From contig NC_014034.1 of NCBI RefSeq assembly GCF_000021865.1, positions 3,240,001 through 3,272,000 on the forward strand: DNA of 32,000 nucleotides, read 5' to 3'. A program made the position numbers and the translations under genes. The DNA comes from Rhodobacter capsulatus SB 1003. Its GTDB lineage: Bacteria > Pseudomonadota > Alphaproteobacteria > Rhodobacterales > Rhodobacteraceae. Under the pieces are notes generated by a model that was given only the letters and a program-made list of their open reading frames with translations, did no database searches and had not been told where the DNA came from. Below, piece after piece: positions 10,642 to 18,187 of this stretch (the stretch's first letter is position 1; every line of letters starts with the position of its first letter).

Positions 10642-11274
10642 ATGCTGATGCGCCGTCTGCGCCGGATCCTGCGCGACGAGCGCGGCTCGGTTCCGATCGA
10701 GGGCATGCTGGGCGCGCTGCTCATCCTGGGCTGGTATGTCATCGCCTTTCAGTTCTTCGACGCCTTCCGCACCAAGGCGCAGGCCCTGAAGGCCAGCTAC
10801 ACCGTCGCCGACATGATCTCGCGCGAGGAAACGCCGATCGGCCCGACCTACATGACCGGGGCCAAGCGGATGTTCGACTTCATGATGAACAGCGACGCCA
10901 GCCGCAGCTGGATGCGGGTCGCGATCATCTATTGCCCGAGCGATGGCAACGCCAACACCACGATCGATTGCGACGGCGACACCCATGAATTCGCGCTCGA
11001 CAAATCCTGGGCCACCGGCTCGATCGCGGTGCACACGGAAACCACGATCAACGCCGAGAAAGACCGCATCCCGCTGATGTCCGAGGGGGATTATGCGGTG
11101 ATTCTGGAAACCTCGCTCAGCTACAACCCGATCTTCGACATCGGGCAGAAATCCCTGTCGCTCGATGGCGGCCAGACCTGGACAAGCCAGGGCCTGTCCG
11201 AACAGCTCCGGTTTTCGAATTTCATCATCACCCGCGCGCGCGGGGTGCGCAACACCTGGAGCGACGCCAGCTGA
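10642..11274 (+). CDS. TadE-like (pseudopilin-like) protein, second paralogue
   Basis: Track ORF 10591..11274. I prefer ATG 10642 (GGGGAGGG at 10627-10634, 7-nt spacer), giving MLMRRLRRILRDERG/SVPIEGMLGALLILGWYVIAF. That has a Gly cleavage-type site with Glu at +5, then a hydrophobic helix. Alternative starts are 10591 and 10612. Confidence 0.65.
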   Translation: MLMRRLRRILRDERGSVPIEGMLGALLILGWYVIAFQFFDAFRTKAQALKASYTVADMISREETPIGPTYMTGAKRMFDFMMNSDASRSWMRVAIIYCPSDGNANTTIDCDGDTHEFALDKSWATGSIAVHTETTINAEKDRIPLMSEGDYAVILETSLSYNPIFDIGQKSLSLDGGQTWTSQGLSEQLRFSNFIITRARGVRNTWSDAS

Positions 11275-11291
11275 TCCGGGGGGCCGGGCGC

Positions 11292-11879
11292 TCAGGCGCC
11301 GACCGCCTTGCGCACCATGTCCCAATAGATCGTCTCGACGGTTTCCCGGCTCAGCCGCCCGCCCTCGCGATACCAGGTGTTGACCCCGGTCAGCATCGCG
11401 ATGATCGCCATCGCCGCCAGTTTCGGATCGGGCAGGGCCAGGACCCCCTCGGCCTGACCGGCCCGCAGGATCGTTTCCAGCTCGGTCTCATAGGCGCGGC
11501 GCAGCGCCTCGATCACGGCGAAATTGCTCTCCGACAGGTTGCGCAATTCCATGTAGCTCAGGAACACCGCCTCGGCCCGGGGCAGGTTGTGGCGGATGTG
11601 AAAGCGCACGAAAGCTTCCAGCGCCGTCAACGCCCCCGTCCCGCGCGGCACCTCGGCCCAGGCGGCCAGAAGCTCGTCCATATGCGTTTTCAGCAGGTCG
11701 AACAGCAACGCCTCCTTGTCGGGGGTGTAAAGATAAAGCGCCCCCGCCTGCACCCCCACCGCCGCCGCGATCTGCCGCATCGAGACCGCGGCAAAGCCGT
11801 GCCGGGCAAAGAGCCGGCTCGCCTCGGCGCGGATGCGCGGCCCGGTGATTTCGGAATGAGAGCCTGTCTTGCGTGCCAT
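11292..11879 (-). CDS. TetR/AcrR family transcriptional regulator
   Basis: 195 aa. The N-terminal HTH RIRAEASRLFARHGFAAVSMRQIAAAVGVQAGALYLYTPDKEALLFDLL is a canonical TetR_N pattern. Confidence 0.9.
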   Translation of the reverse strand: MARKTGSHSEITGPRIRAEASRLFARHGFAAVSMRQIAAAVGVQAGALYLYTPDKEALLFDLLKTHMDELLAAWAEVPRGTGALTALEAFVRFHIRHNLPRAEAVFLSYMELRNLSESNFAVIEALRRAYETELETILRAGQAEGVLALPDPKLAAMAIIAMLTGVNTWYREGGRLSRETVETIYWDMVRKAVGA

Positions 11880-11892
11880 GCGCCCAGATTAT

Positions 11893-11906
11893 CTGAACGC
11901 GCGTTC
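11893..11906. promoter_or_regulatory. Perfect 14-bp palindrome, candidate TetR operator
   Basis: TGAACGCGCGTTCA is its own reverse complement. It lies 14 bp upstream of the TetR start codon (11879), in the divergent region shared with the lipoprotein/hom genes. Confidence 0.45.
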
Positions 11907-11975
11907 AATATCAAACCGGCTCTGGCGGCGGGCGGCGGGCGCCTTTATGCTGCGCCCAAGCCACCCGGAGCCCCC

Positions 11976-12173
11976 ATGCTGCGCCCTGCCCTGCTTTTGC
12001 CGCTTGCCCTTGCCGCCTGTTCGGCCGCGCCCGGGGCGGATTTCCCGAACCTCGTCCCCGCCGAGACGCTTCTGGTCGAGGAACCGCTCTCGCCCTCGCC
12101 CGCGCCGGGGCTCGAGGCCCGGGCCGAGGCCCTGCGCGCCCGCGCCGAGGCCCTGCGCGCCGAGACCCCGTGA
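11976..12173 (+). CDS. small putative lipoprotein (65 aa) with an Ala/Arg/Glu repeat tail
   Basis: ATG 11976 (GGAG at 11967-11970), in frame with track ORF 11589..12173. MLRPALLLPLALAAC has a lipobox (LAAC). The C-terminus contains an 18-nt perfect direct repeat at 12123-12140 and 12144-12161. Confidence 0.5.
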   Translation: MLRPALLLPLALAACSAAPGADFPNLVPAETLLVEEPLSPSPAPGLEARAEALRARAEALRAETP

Positions 12174-12248
12174 CGCAAGCCGCGCGTTGCTTTGCGGCGC
12201 GCGAAAGGCTAACAGGGCGCATCTGATCGCCAAAACCATGAGGTTCCC

Positions 12249-13547
12249 ATGACCGCCGCCGCCGCTCAACCGCTTCGCCTTGGCATCGCGGGGCTTGGCA
12301 CCGTCGGCATTGGCGTGGTGAAGATCGTGCAACGCCATGCCGATCTTCTGGCCGCCCGCAGCGGCCGCCCGGTGGTGATCACCGCGGTTTCCGCCCGCGA
12401 CCGCACGAAGAACCGCGATGCCGATCTGTCGGGCTATGCCTGGGAAACCGACCCGGTGGCGCTGGCTTTGCGCGACGATGTCGATGTGCTCGTCGAGGTG
12501 ATGGGCGGCCATGAAGGCCCGGCCAAGGACGCGACCGAAGCCGCGCTGAAGGCGGGCAAGGATGTCGTCACCGCGAACAAGGCGCTTTTGGCCCATCACG
12601 GTCAGGCTCTGGCGGAACTGGCCGAGGGTCTGGGCCGGGTGATCCGTTATGAGGCCGCCGTGGCCGGGGGCATCCCCGTGATCAAGGCGCTGACCGAGGG
12701 GCTGGCGGGCAACCAGATCCGCCGCGTCATGGGGGTGATGAACGGCACCTGCAACTACATCCTGACCCGGATGGAAACCGCGGGCCTGCCCTATGAGACG
12801 GTCTTCGAGGAAGCCCGGCAGCTGGGCTATCTGGAGGCCGATCCGAACCTGGACGTCGGGGGGATCGACGCGGGCCACAAGCTCTCGATCCTGGCCTCCA
12901 TCGCCTTCGGCACCAAGGTCAGCTTCGCCAATGTCGTGCTGGAAGGGATCGGCTGCATCTCGATCGACGATATCCGCCGCGCCGGGGACATGGGCTACAA
13001 GATCAAGCTTCTGGGCGTGGCGCAGATGACCGGCCGCGGGCTGGAACAGCGGATGATGCCCTGCCTTGTGCCCGCGGCCTCGCCCTTGGGGCAGCTGCAG
13101 GGCGGCACCAACATGGTGGTGATCGAGGGCGACTCGGTCGGCCAGATCGTCTTGCGCGGCGCGGGGGCGGGCGAAGGCCCGACGGCATCCGCGGTGATGG
13201 GCGACGTGCTTGACATCGCGCGCGGGCTGCGGCTGCCGACCTTCGGGCAACCGGCGGCAGGCCTCGCCGATCCGATCCCGGCCGCGGTCTCGGCGCCCGC
13301 GCCCTATTACCTGCGCCTCGAGCTGATGGACAAGCCGGGCGCGCTGGCCAAGGTCGCCGCAGTGCTGGGCGAAGCGGGCGTCTCGATTTCCCGCATGCGC
13401 CAATACGGCCACGAGGACACCTCGGCCCCGGTCCTGATCGTGACCCACAAGACCACCCGCGATGCGATCGACGTGGCGATCGCGGCCCTGCCCGCGACCG
13501 GCGTCGTGCTGGGCGCCCCGGTGGCGCTTCGGATCGAAGAAGTCTGA
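12249..13547 (+). CDS. hom: homoserine dehydrogenase
   Basis: 432 aa. NAD-binding LRLGIAGLGTVGIGVV; catalytic-domain motifs VVTANKALLA, YEAAVAGGIPVIKAL, NGTCNYILT, LGYLEADPNLDVGGIDAGHKLSILA; C-terminal ACT domain (YYLRLELMDKPGALAKVAAVLGEAGVSI). Confidence 0.95.
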   Translation: MTAAAAQPLRLGIAGLGTVGIGVVKIVQRHADLLAARSGRPVVITAVSARDRTKNRDADLSGYAWETDPVALALRDDVDVLVEVMGGHEGPAKDATEAALKAGKDVVTANKALLAHHGQALAELAEGLGRVIRYEAAVAGGIPVIKALTEGLAGNQIRRVMGVMNGTCNYILTRMETAGLPYETVFEEARQLGYLEADPNLDVGGIDAGHKLSILASIAFGTKVSFANVVLEGIGCISIDDIRRAGDMGYKIKLLGVAQMTGRGLEQRMMPCLVPAASPLGQLQGGTNMVVIEGDSVGQIVLRGAGAGEGPTASAVMGDVLDIARGLRLPTFGQPAAGLADPIPAAVSAPAPYYLRLELMDKPGALAKVAAVLGEAGVSISRMRQYGHEDTSAPVLIVTHKTTRDAIDVAIAALPATGVVLGAPVALRIEEV

Positions 13548-13552
13548 CCGGA

Positions 13553-13593
13553 CCCGCCCCGCTCCGGTGCATCTGCGCACCGGACCGGGCGGG
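13553..13593 (+). terminator. Compound GC-rich hairpin after hom (no U-tract)
   Basis: CCCGCCC (13553-13559) pairs with GGGCGGG (13587-13593). This encloses TCCGGTGC (13563-13570) paired with GCACCGGA (13577-13584). It begins 6 nt after the hom stop; with no T-run, its function as a terminator is uncertain. Confidence 0.35.
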
Positions 13594-13709
13594 GATCCGC
13601 CGCCGCTCTCGACAGATTGAACGCAGTTTCAGATCGTTAGCGCTGTCAGACTTGTCAAGGCGGCGCGTCTCTGGCCTAGCTGTGCCAACCCAAAAGCACA
13701 GGACATGCC

Positions 13710-14675
13710 ATGACCACCCCCACCGATTTCAATGATCGCCTGCTGTCGCTCGGCCTTGCGCGCGTGTCGGAAGCCGCCGCCCATGCTTCGGCCCGGCTGA
13801 TCGGCCACGGCGATGAAAAGGCCGCCGACCAGGCCGCCGTGAACGCGATGCGCGAGCAGCTCAACATCCTCGACATCCGCGGCGTCGTGGTGATCGGCGA
13901 GGGCGAGCGTGACGAGGCCCCGATGCTTTACATCGGCGAAGAGGTCGGCACCGGCGAAGGCCCGGCGGTGGATATCGCGCTGGATCCGCTCGAAGGCACG
14001 ACGCTGACCGCGAAAGACATGCCGAACGCGCTGACGGTGATCGCGATGGCGCCGCGCGGCACGCTTCTGCACGCGCCCGACGTCTACATGGAAAAACTGG
14101 CGATCGGGCCGGGCTTCGAAAAGGACGTCGTCAGCCTCGACATGACCCCGTCGGAGCGGATCCACGCGCTGGCCAAGGCCAAGGGCTGCGAAGCCCATGA
14201 CATCACCTGCTGCATTCTGGAACGTCCGCGCCACGAAGAGCTGATCGCCGAGGTCCGCGCGACCGGCGCCTCGATCCGGCTGATCACCGATGGCGACGTC
14301 GCGGGCATCATCCATTGCGCCGAGCCCGACGTGACCGGCATCGACATCTACATGGGCTCGGGCGGCGCGCCGGAAGGCGTTCTGGCGGCCTCGGCGCTCA
14401 AATGCATGGGCGGGCAGATGTGGGGCAAGCTTCTGTTCCGCAACGATGACGAGCGCGGCCGCGCGAAAAAGGCCGGGATCACCGATCTCGACAAGATCTA
14501 TGCCCGCGACGACATGGTCCGCGCCGACGTGATCTTTGCCGCGACCGGGGTGACGAACGGCTCGATCCTGCACGGGGTGAAGCGCAACCCGAAATTCATC
14601 GAGACCGAAACGATCCTGATGCGCTCGAAAACCGGCTCGGTGCGCCGGGTGATCTATCGCAACCCGATCCGCTGA
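13710..14675 (+). CDS. glpX: class II fructose-1,6-bisphosphatase
   Basis: 321 aa. GDEKAADQAAVNAMR, VVIGEGERDEAPMLYIGE, DIALDPLEGTTL, MGSGGAPEGVLAA and SKTGSVR match the GlpX family throughout. Confidence 0.93.
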   Translation: MTTPTDFNDRLLSLGLARVSEAAAHASARLIGHGDEKAADQAAVNAMREQLNILDIRGVVVIGEGERDEAPMLYIGEEVGTGEGPAVDIALDPLEGTTLTAKDMPNALTVIAMAPRGTLLHAPDVYMEKLAIGPGFEKDVVSLDMTPSERIHALAKAKGCEAHDITCCILERPRHEELIAEVRATGASIRLITDGDVAGIIHCAEPDVTGIDIYMGSGGAPEGVLAASALKCMGGQMWGKLLFRNDDERGRAKKAGITDLDKIYARDDMVRADVIFAATGVTNGSILHGVKRNPKFIETETILMRSKTGSVRRVIYRNPIR

Positions 14676-14719
14676 GGCAACGCTCCGGGGGGTATGCCGT
14701 CCCCCGCACCCCCTGCGCG

Positions 14720-14774
14720 TATTTTGCCAAGGAAAACGGGGCCGTTTCACCTTGGCCGAAATATCCCGGGGGGG
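14720..14774. repeat. REP-like intergenic inverted repeat, copy 2 (imperfect arms)
   Basis: TATTTTGCCAAGGAAAAC (14720-14737) faces GTTTCACCTTGGCCGAAATA (14744-14763). The reverse complement of the right arm plus its flank, GGGATATTTCGGCCAAGGTGAAAC, aligns with copy 1 GGGATATTTATGGCAAGATAAA. The 14-mer AAATATCCCGGGGG at 14759-14772 is identical to 1873-1886. Confidence 0.6.
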
Positions 14775-14812
14775 AATTTGCCGACAGGCAAAGAGGGGGC
14801 GGCGCCCCCTTT

Positions 14813-14842
14813 CGCCCGCCACTGGCGGGCGTTTCGTTTTTT
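14813..14842 (+). terminator. Rho-independent terminator after glpX
   Basis: CGCCCGCC-act-GGCGGGCG followed by TTTCGTTTTTT. It ends 15 nt before the recJ start. Confidence 0.65.
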
Positions 14843-14857
14843 CGCTAGAGCTGCGCC

Positions 14858-16591
14858 ATGACCAGCTTTCTGAATGTCGATACCTCCTTGACCGGGCGGC
14901 GCTGGGTCGGCCCCAGCCTTGAAGCCGATCGTCTGGCCGAAGCGATGGCGCAAGCCACCCACCTGCCCCTGCCGCTCGCCCGGGTTCTGGTCGCCCGCGG
15001 CGTGACGCCCGAAGCCGCGGCGGGATTTCTGGAACCGACCCTGCGCGACCTGCTGCCCGATCCGCACCGCCTGAAAGACATGGAAAAGGCGGCGGCGCGA
15101 TTTCTGCGGGCGCTCCGAAGCCGCGAAAAGATCGCGATCTTCGCCGATTACGATGTCGACGGCGGCTCTTCGGCGGCGCTTCTCATCTGCTTTCTGCGCG
15201 CCTTCGGCGTCACCCCCACGCTCTACATCCCCGACCGCATCGACGAGGGCTACGGCCCCAATGTCCCCGCGATGCAGGCGCTTGGCCGCGAGCACGGGCT
15301 GATCGTCTGCGTCGATTGCGGCACGCTCAGCCACGCGCCGGTCGCCGCCGCCGCCCCCGCCGATGTCGTCATTCTCGACCACCATCTGGGCGGCGAGACC
15401 CTGCCCCCCGCGGTCGCCTGCGTGAACCCGAACCGGCAGGACGAACCGGGCGATCTGGGGCATCTTTGCGCCGCTTCGGTGGTCTTCCTGATGCTGGTCG
15501 AGGCGAACCGGCAGCTGCGCGCCGAGGGGGTCAAGGGCCCCGATCTGATGGCGATGCTCGATCTTGTCGCGCTGGCGACCGTCGCCGATGTGGCGCCGCT
15601 TCTGGGCGTGAACCGGGCGCTGGTGCGGCAGGGGCTCAAGGTCATGGCCCGGCGCGAGCGGCCGGGGCTGGTGGCGCTTTCCGACGTCGCCCGGCTCGAC
15701 AAGGCGCCGACGGCCTATCATCTGGGCTTTCTGCTGGGACCGCGGGTCAATGCCGGGGGCCGGATCGGCGCCGCCGATCTGGGGGCGCGGTTGCTCTCCA
15801 CCGACAGCGCCGCCGAGGCCGCGGCCTTGGCCGAGCGGCTCGACCGGCTGAACAGCGAACGGCGCGAGATCGAGAATCGCGTCCGCGATGCCGCGCTGAC
15901 CCAGGCCGAGGCGCGCGGCCTCGACGGCCCGCTTGTCTGGGCGGCGGGCGAGGGCTGGCATCCGGGCGTCGTCGGCATCGTCGCGGCGCGGCTGAAGGAG
16001 GCGACGAACCGCCCCGCCGTGGTGATCGGGCTGGAAGGCGGCCTTGGCAAGGGCTCGGCGCGCTCGGTGGCGGGGGTCGATCTGGGCGCGGCGGTGCAGC
16101 GCGTCGCGGCCGAGGGGCTTTTGCTCAAGGGCGGCGGGCACCGCATGGCCGCGGGTCTGACCCTGCCGAGGGCAGTGGAACCGCGATGGAAGGCTGCCGA
16201 GTGTTCGCCCGGCAGGGCGCGGCACGGCGGCCCGGCCGATCTGCGGCTGGACGGGCTCCTGATGCCGGGCGCCGCGACGCCCGCGCTGATCGAGGATCTC
16301 GACCGCGCCGGCCCCTATGGCCAGGCGGCGCCCTCGCCGCGCTTTGCCTTTCCCGCGATGGCGATCCTGAACGCCCGGCGGATCGGCGAGAGCCACCTGC
16401 GGCTCAGCTTTGGCGACGGGCTTGGCGCGAAGCTCGACGCCATCGCCTTTGGCGCTTTCGACGGCCCGCTGGGCCCCGCGCTCTCGGCGGGAGGGGCAGG
16501 CCGGTTTCATCTGGCGGGCAAGCTTGAACTGGACAGCTGGGGCGGCCGCTCCAAGGTGCAATTGCGTCTTGACGATGCCGCACGGGCCTGA
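14858..16591 (+). CDS. recJ: single-stranded-DNA-specific exonuclease RecJ
   Basis: 577 aa. DHH motifs IAIFADYDVDGGSS, DRIDEGYG, VCVDCG, VVILDHH; DHHA1 motif GGGHRMAAGLT. Confidence 0.93.
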   Translation: MTSFLNVDTSLTGRRWVGPSLEADRLAEAMAQATHLPLPLARVLVARGVTPEAAAGFLEPTLRDLLPDPHRLKDMEKAAARFLRALRSREKIAIFADYDVDGGSSAALLICFLRAFGVTPTLYIPDRIDEGYGPNVPAMQALGREHGLIVCVDCGTLSHAPVAAAAPADVVILDHHLGGETLPPAVACVNPNRQDEPGDLGHLCAASVVFLMLVEANRQLRAEGVKGPDLMAMLDLVALATVADVAPLLGVNRALVRQGLKVMARRERPGLVALSDVARLDKAPTAYHLGFLLGPRVNAGGRIGAADLGARLLSTDSAAEAAALAERLDRLNSERREIENRVRDAALTQAEARGLDGPLVWAAGEGWHPGVVGIVAARLKEATNRPAVVIGLEGGLGKGSARSVAGVDLGAAVQRVAAEGLLLKGGGHRMAAGLTLPRAVEPRWKAAECSPGRARHGGPADLRLDGLLMPGAATPALIEDLDRAGPYGQAAPSPRFAFPAMAILNARRIGESHLRLSFGDGLGAKLDAIAFGAFDGPLGPALSAGGAGRFHLAGKLELDSWGGRSKVQLRLDDAARA

Positions 16592-16680
16592 CGACGGCGG
16601 CTCAACCCCCTGTTTTCCTGTTCTTTTTGAAGTTTTTTCGGGGCGAATGAAGAAAGTTTGGAAAAACTGCAAAATCCCTC

Positions 16681-16708
16681 TTGCGAGTCACCGGCGCCTG
16701 GCCTAAAC
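16681..16708 (+). promoter_or_regulatory. Candidate sigma-70 promoter for tRNA-Glu with an upstream A/T-rich UP-like tract
   Basis: TTGCGA (16681-16686), a 16-nt spacer, then CTAAAC (16703-16708), about 40 nt before the tRNA. Positions 16620-16680 are strikingly A/T-rich for this genome (ttctttttgaagttttttcg...gaaaaactgcaaaatccc). Confidence 0.4.
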
Positions 16709-16749
16709 ACCCCTCACGCCGCGCAGCACAGCTGACAAAGCGAAAAGGT

Positions 16750-16824
16750 GGTCCGTTCGTCTATCGGTTAGGACACCAGGTTTTCAACCTGGGAAGAGGG
16801 GTTCGACTCCCCTACGGACTGCCA
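16750..16824 (+). tRNA. tRNA-Glu (anticodon UUC), CCA encoded
   Basis: Manual cloverleaf: acceptor GGTCCGT/ACGGACT, D arm GTCT-ATCGGTTA-GGAC, anticodon arm CCAGG-TTTTCAA-CCTGG, variable loop GAAG, T arm AGGGG-TTCGACT-CCCCT, discriminator G, CCA. 75 nt. Confidence 0.9.
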
Positions 16825-16851
16825 AACATATCCACAAGAACTGATGAGAAC

Positions 16852-16870
16852 GCCGCTGCAAGCGGCTTTT
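16852..16870 (+). terminator. Rho-independent terminator after tRNA-Glu
   Basis: GCCGCT-gca-AGCGGC followed by TTTT. Confidence 0.55.
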
Positions 16871-16883
16871 GCGCCGTCGCCCC

Positions 16884-18029
16884 TCAGCCCTCGCGCAGTG
16901 TTTGCCGGGCCAGCGCCGCGATCAGATCGGTGCGGGTGACAATGCCGGTGATCGCCTGCCCCTGCAGCACCGGAACCGCATCGACCCGACCATCCGCCAT
17001 CATCGGCAACAGCGCCGCGATCGGCGTTTGCGGGCTCACGCGCGGGATCGCCACCGCCATCAGATCCGCCGCCAGAACCCCGGGCGCCCGCTTCGGATCC
17101 ATCAGCCGCCGCGCCGCCGCCGCAAAGCCGCGATCGCGCCGCGCCGCATCCGCCTGCGCGCGCAAGATCAGATGGATCTGAAAGATCACCCCCAGAAACC
17201 GACCCTCGGCGCCCACGACCGGCAGCGAGGTGAAACGATGGCGCCGAAACAGCGCCGCCACCTCGGCCAGCGGTGTTTCCGGCTGCACGGTGATCAGATC
17301 GCGCGACATGATCTCGGCTGCGGTCATCGGCCCGGTGCGATGCGTCGCCGCCTGCAGTTCCGCCGCGCCGACGAGCCGCGCCAGATCCTCGACCCCGAGG
17401 TTGAGCGCTTGCCGGGTCCGGGTCAGGATCCCGGTCAGCTCCGCCTCGGTCAGGCCCAGCCGCTCGGGGGGCGCGGCATCGGCGGTGCGATGCGGGTTCG
17501 GGGCCTCGAACTGCCGGGCCGGATAGTGCCGCCCGGTCAGCCGCGCATAGCCCGCCGCCAGCACCACCAGCGCCAGCGTGCCCAGCCCGACCGGCATCAG
17601 CACGACCCAGACCCCAAGCTGCCGCACCGGCTCGGGCGCCAGCGCCGTCATCATCGCCACCGCCCCCGCGGGCGGATGCACGGCCCGCGCCAGGATCATC
17701 GCGACCACCGCCAGCCCCACCGCCAGCGCGACGCGCAGCCCGGGATCCAGCGGCAGATGCGTGGCGGCAACGCCGATCAGCGCCGCCAGCATGTTGCCGA
17801 CCAGCGCCGACCAGGGCTGCGCCAGCGGGCTGGACGGCACCGCGAACAGCAAGAGCGCCGTCGCCCCGAAGGGCGGCAGCAGCCAGGAGACCTGCCGCAG
17901 CTCCTGCGGCGCCAGCAGCGGAACGAGGCTCAGCCCCGCCAGCGCGGCAAGGACACCCAGACCGGCGCGCAGCGCCTCGCGCAGACCGGCCCGCGGCACC
18001 GCCGGCCCCAAGGATCGCAGGATCCGCAT
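16884..18029 (-). CDS. HPP-family membrane protein fused to a CBS-domain pair
   Basis: 381 aa, with AGGAGG 5 nt upstream of ATG 18029. The N-terminal half is hydrophobic and carries the family motif VHPPAGA. The C-terminal half has two CBS-like units (TAAEIMSRDLITVQPETPL...FTSLPVV and ADLMAVAIPRVSPQTPI...VDAVPVLQGQAITGIVTRTDLI). The overlapping ORFs 16768..18120 (-) and 16869..18167 (+) are shadows. Confidence 0.85.
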   Translation of the reverse strand: MRILRSLGPAVPRAGLREALRAGLGVLAALAGLSLVPLLAPQELRQVSWLLPPFGATALLLFAVPSSPLAQPWSALVGNMLAALIGVAATHLPLDPGLRVALAVGLAVVAMILARAVHPPAGAVAMMTALAPEPVRQLGVWVVLMPVGLGTLALVVLAAGYARLTGRHYPARQFEAPNPHRTADAAPPERLGLTEAELTGILTRTRQALNLGVEDLARLVGAAELQAATHRTGPMTAAEIMSRDLITVQPETPLAEVAALFRRHRFTSLPVVGAEGRFLGVIFQIHLILRAQADAARRDRGFAAAARRLMDPKRAPGVLAADLMAVAIPRVSPQTPIAALLPMMADGRVDAVPVLQGQAITGIVTRTDLIAALARQTLREG

Positions 18030-18120
18030 CGGCCCCTCCTGTTTGCGCCACCATTCCCCGTGGGCGGGCCGGGATCAAGCCCCAAGGCGACCGCCGCGGC
18101 GCAAACCGGCGCCACCGCAA

Positions 18121-18187
18121 AGATATATCTTGACTATTTTAATACATCTGAATATCCGACAAAATAAATAAGGATATGACATGTCAT
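18121..18187 (+). promoter_or_regulatory. AT-rich promoter/operator region of the efe operon
   Basis: This is the lowest-GC segment of the window. TTGACT (18130-18135) is a possible -35, with a TAT-containing -10 candidate 16-17 nt downstream. Palindromes GATATATC (18122-18129) and ATGACATGTCAT (18176-18187) are present; the second overlaps the efeU start codon at 18186. Confidence 0.45.

Noticed and set aside
16165-16235. Possible compensated double frameshift inside recJ. The segment LPRAVEPRWKAAECSPGRARHGG looks atypical, and the +1 frame reads AEGSGTAMEGCRVFARQGAA, which looks more like a helical linker.
   Set aside because: Both frames have similar GC3, and the ORF is intact with conserved motifs on both sides. 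I cannot align to homologues here. Alignment to RecJ orthologues and inspection of reads would settle it.
16828-16836. DnaA-box-like ATATCCACA just after tRNA-Glu
   Set aside because: A single 8/9 match with no cluster of boxes, no AT-rich unwinding element and no replication genes nearby. It is most likely chance.
18121-18187. Canonical Fur box, Irr ICE box or RirA IRO box in the efe promoter
   Set aside because: I could not find an acceptable match to any of the three consensus sequences by eye. The region is reported only as an uncharacterised operator candidate.
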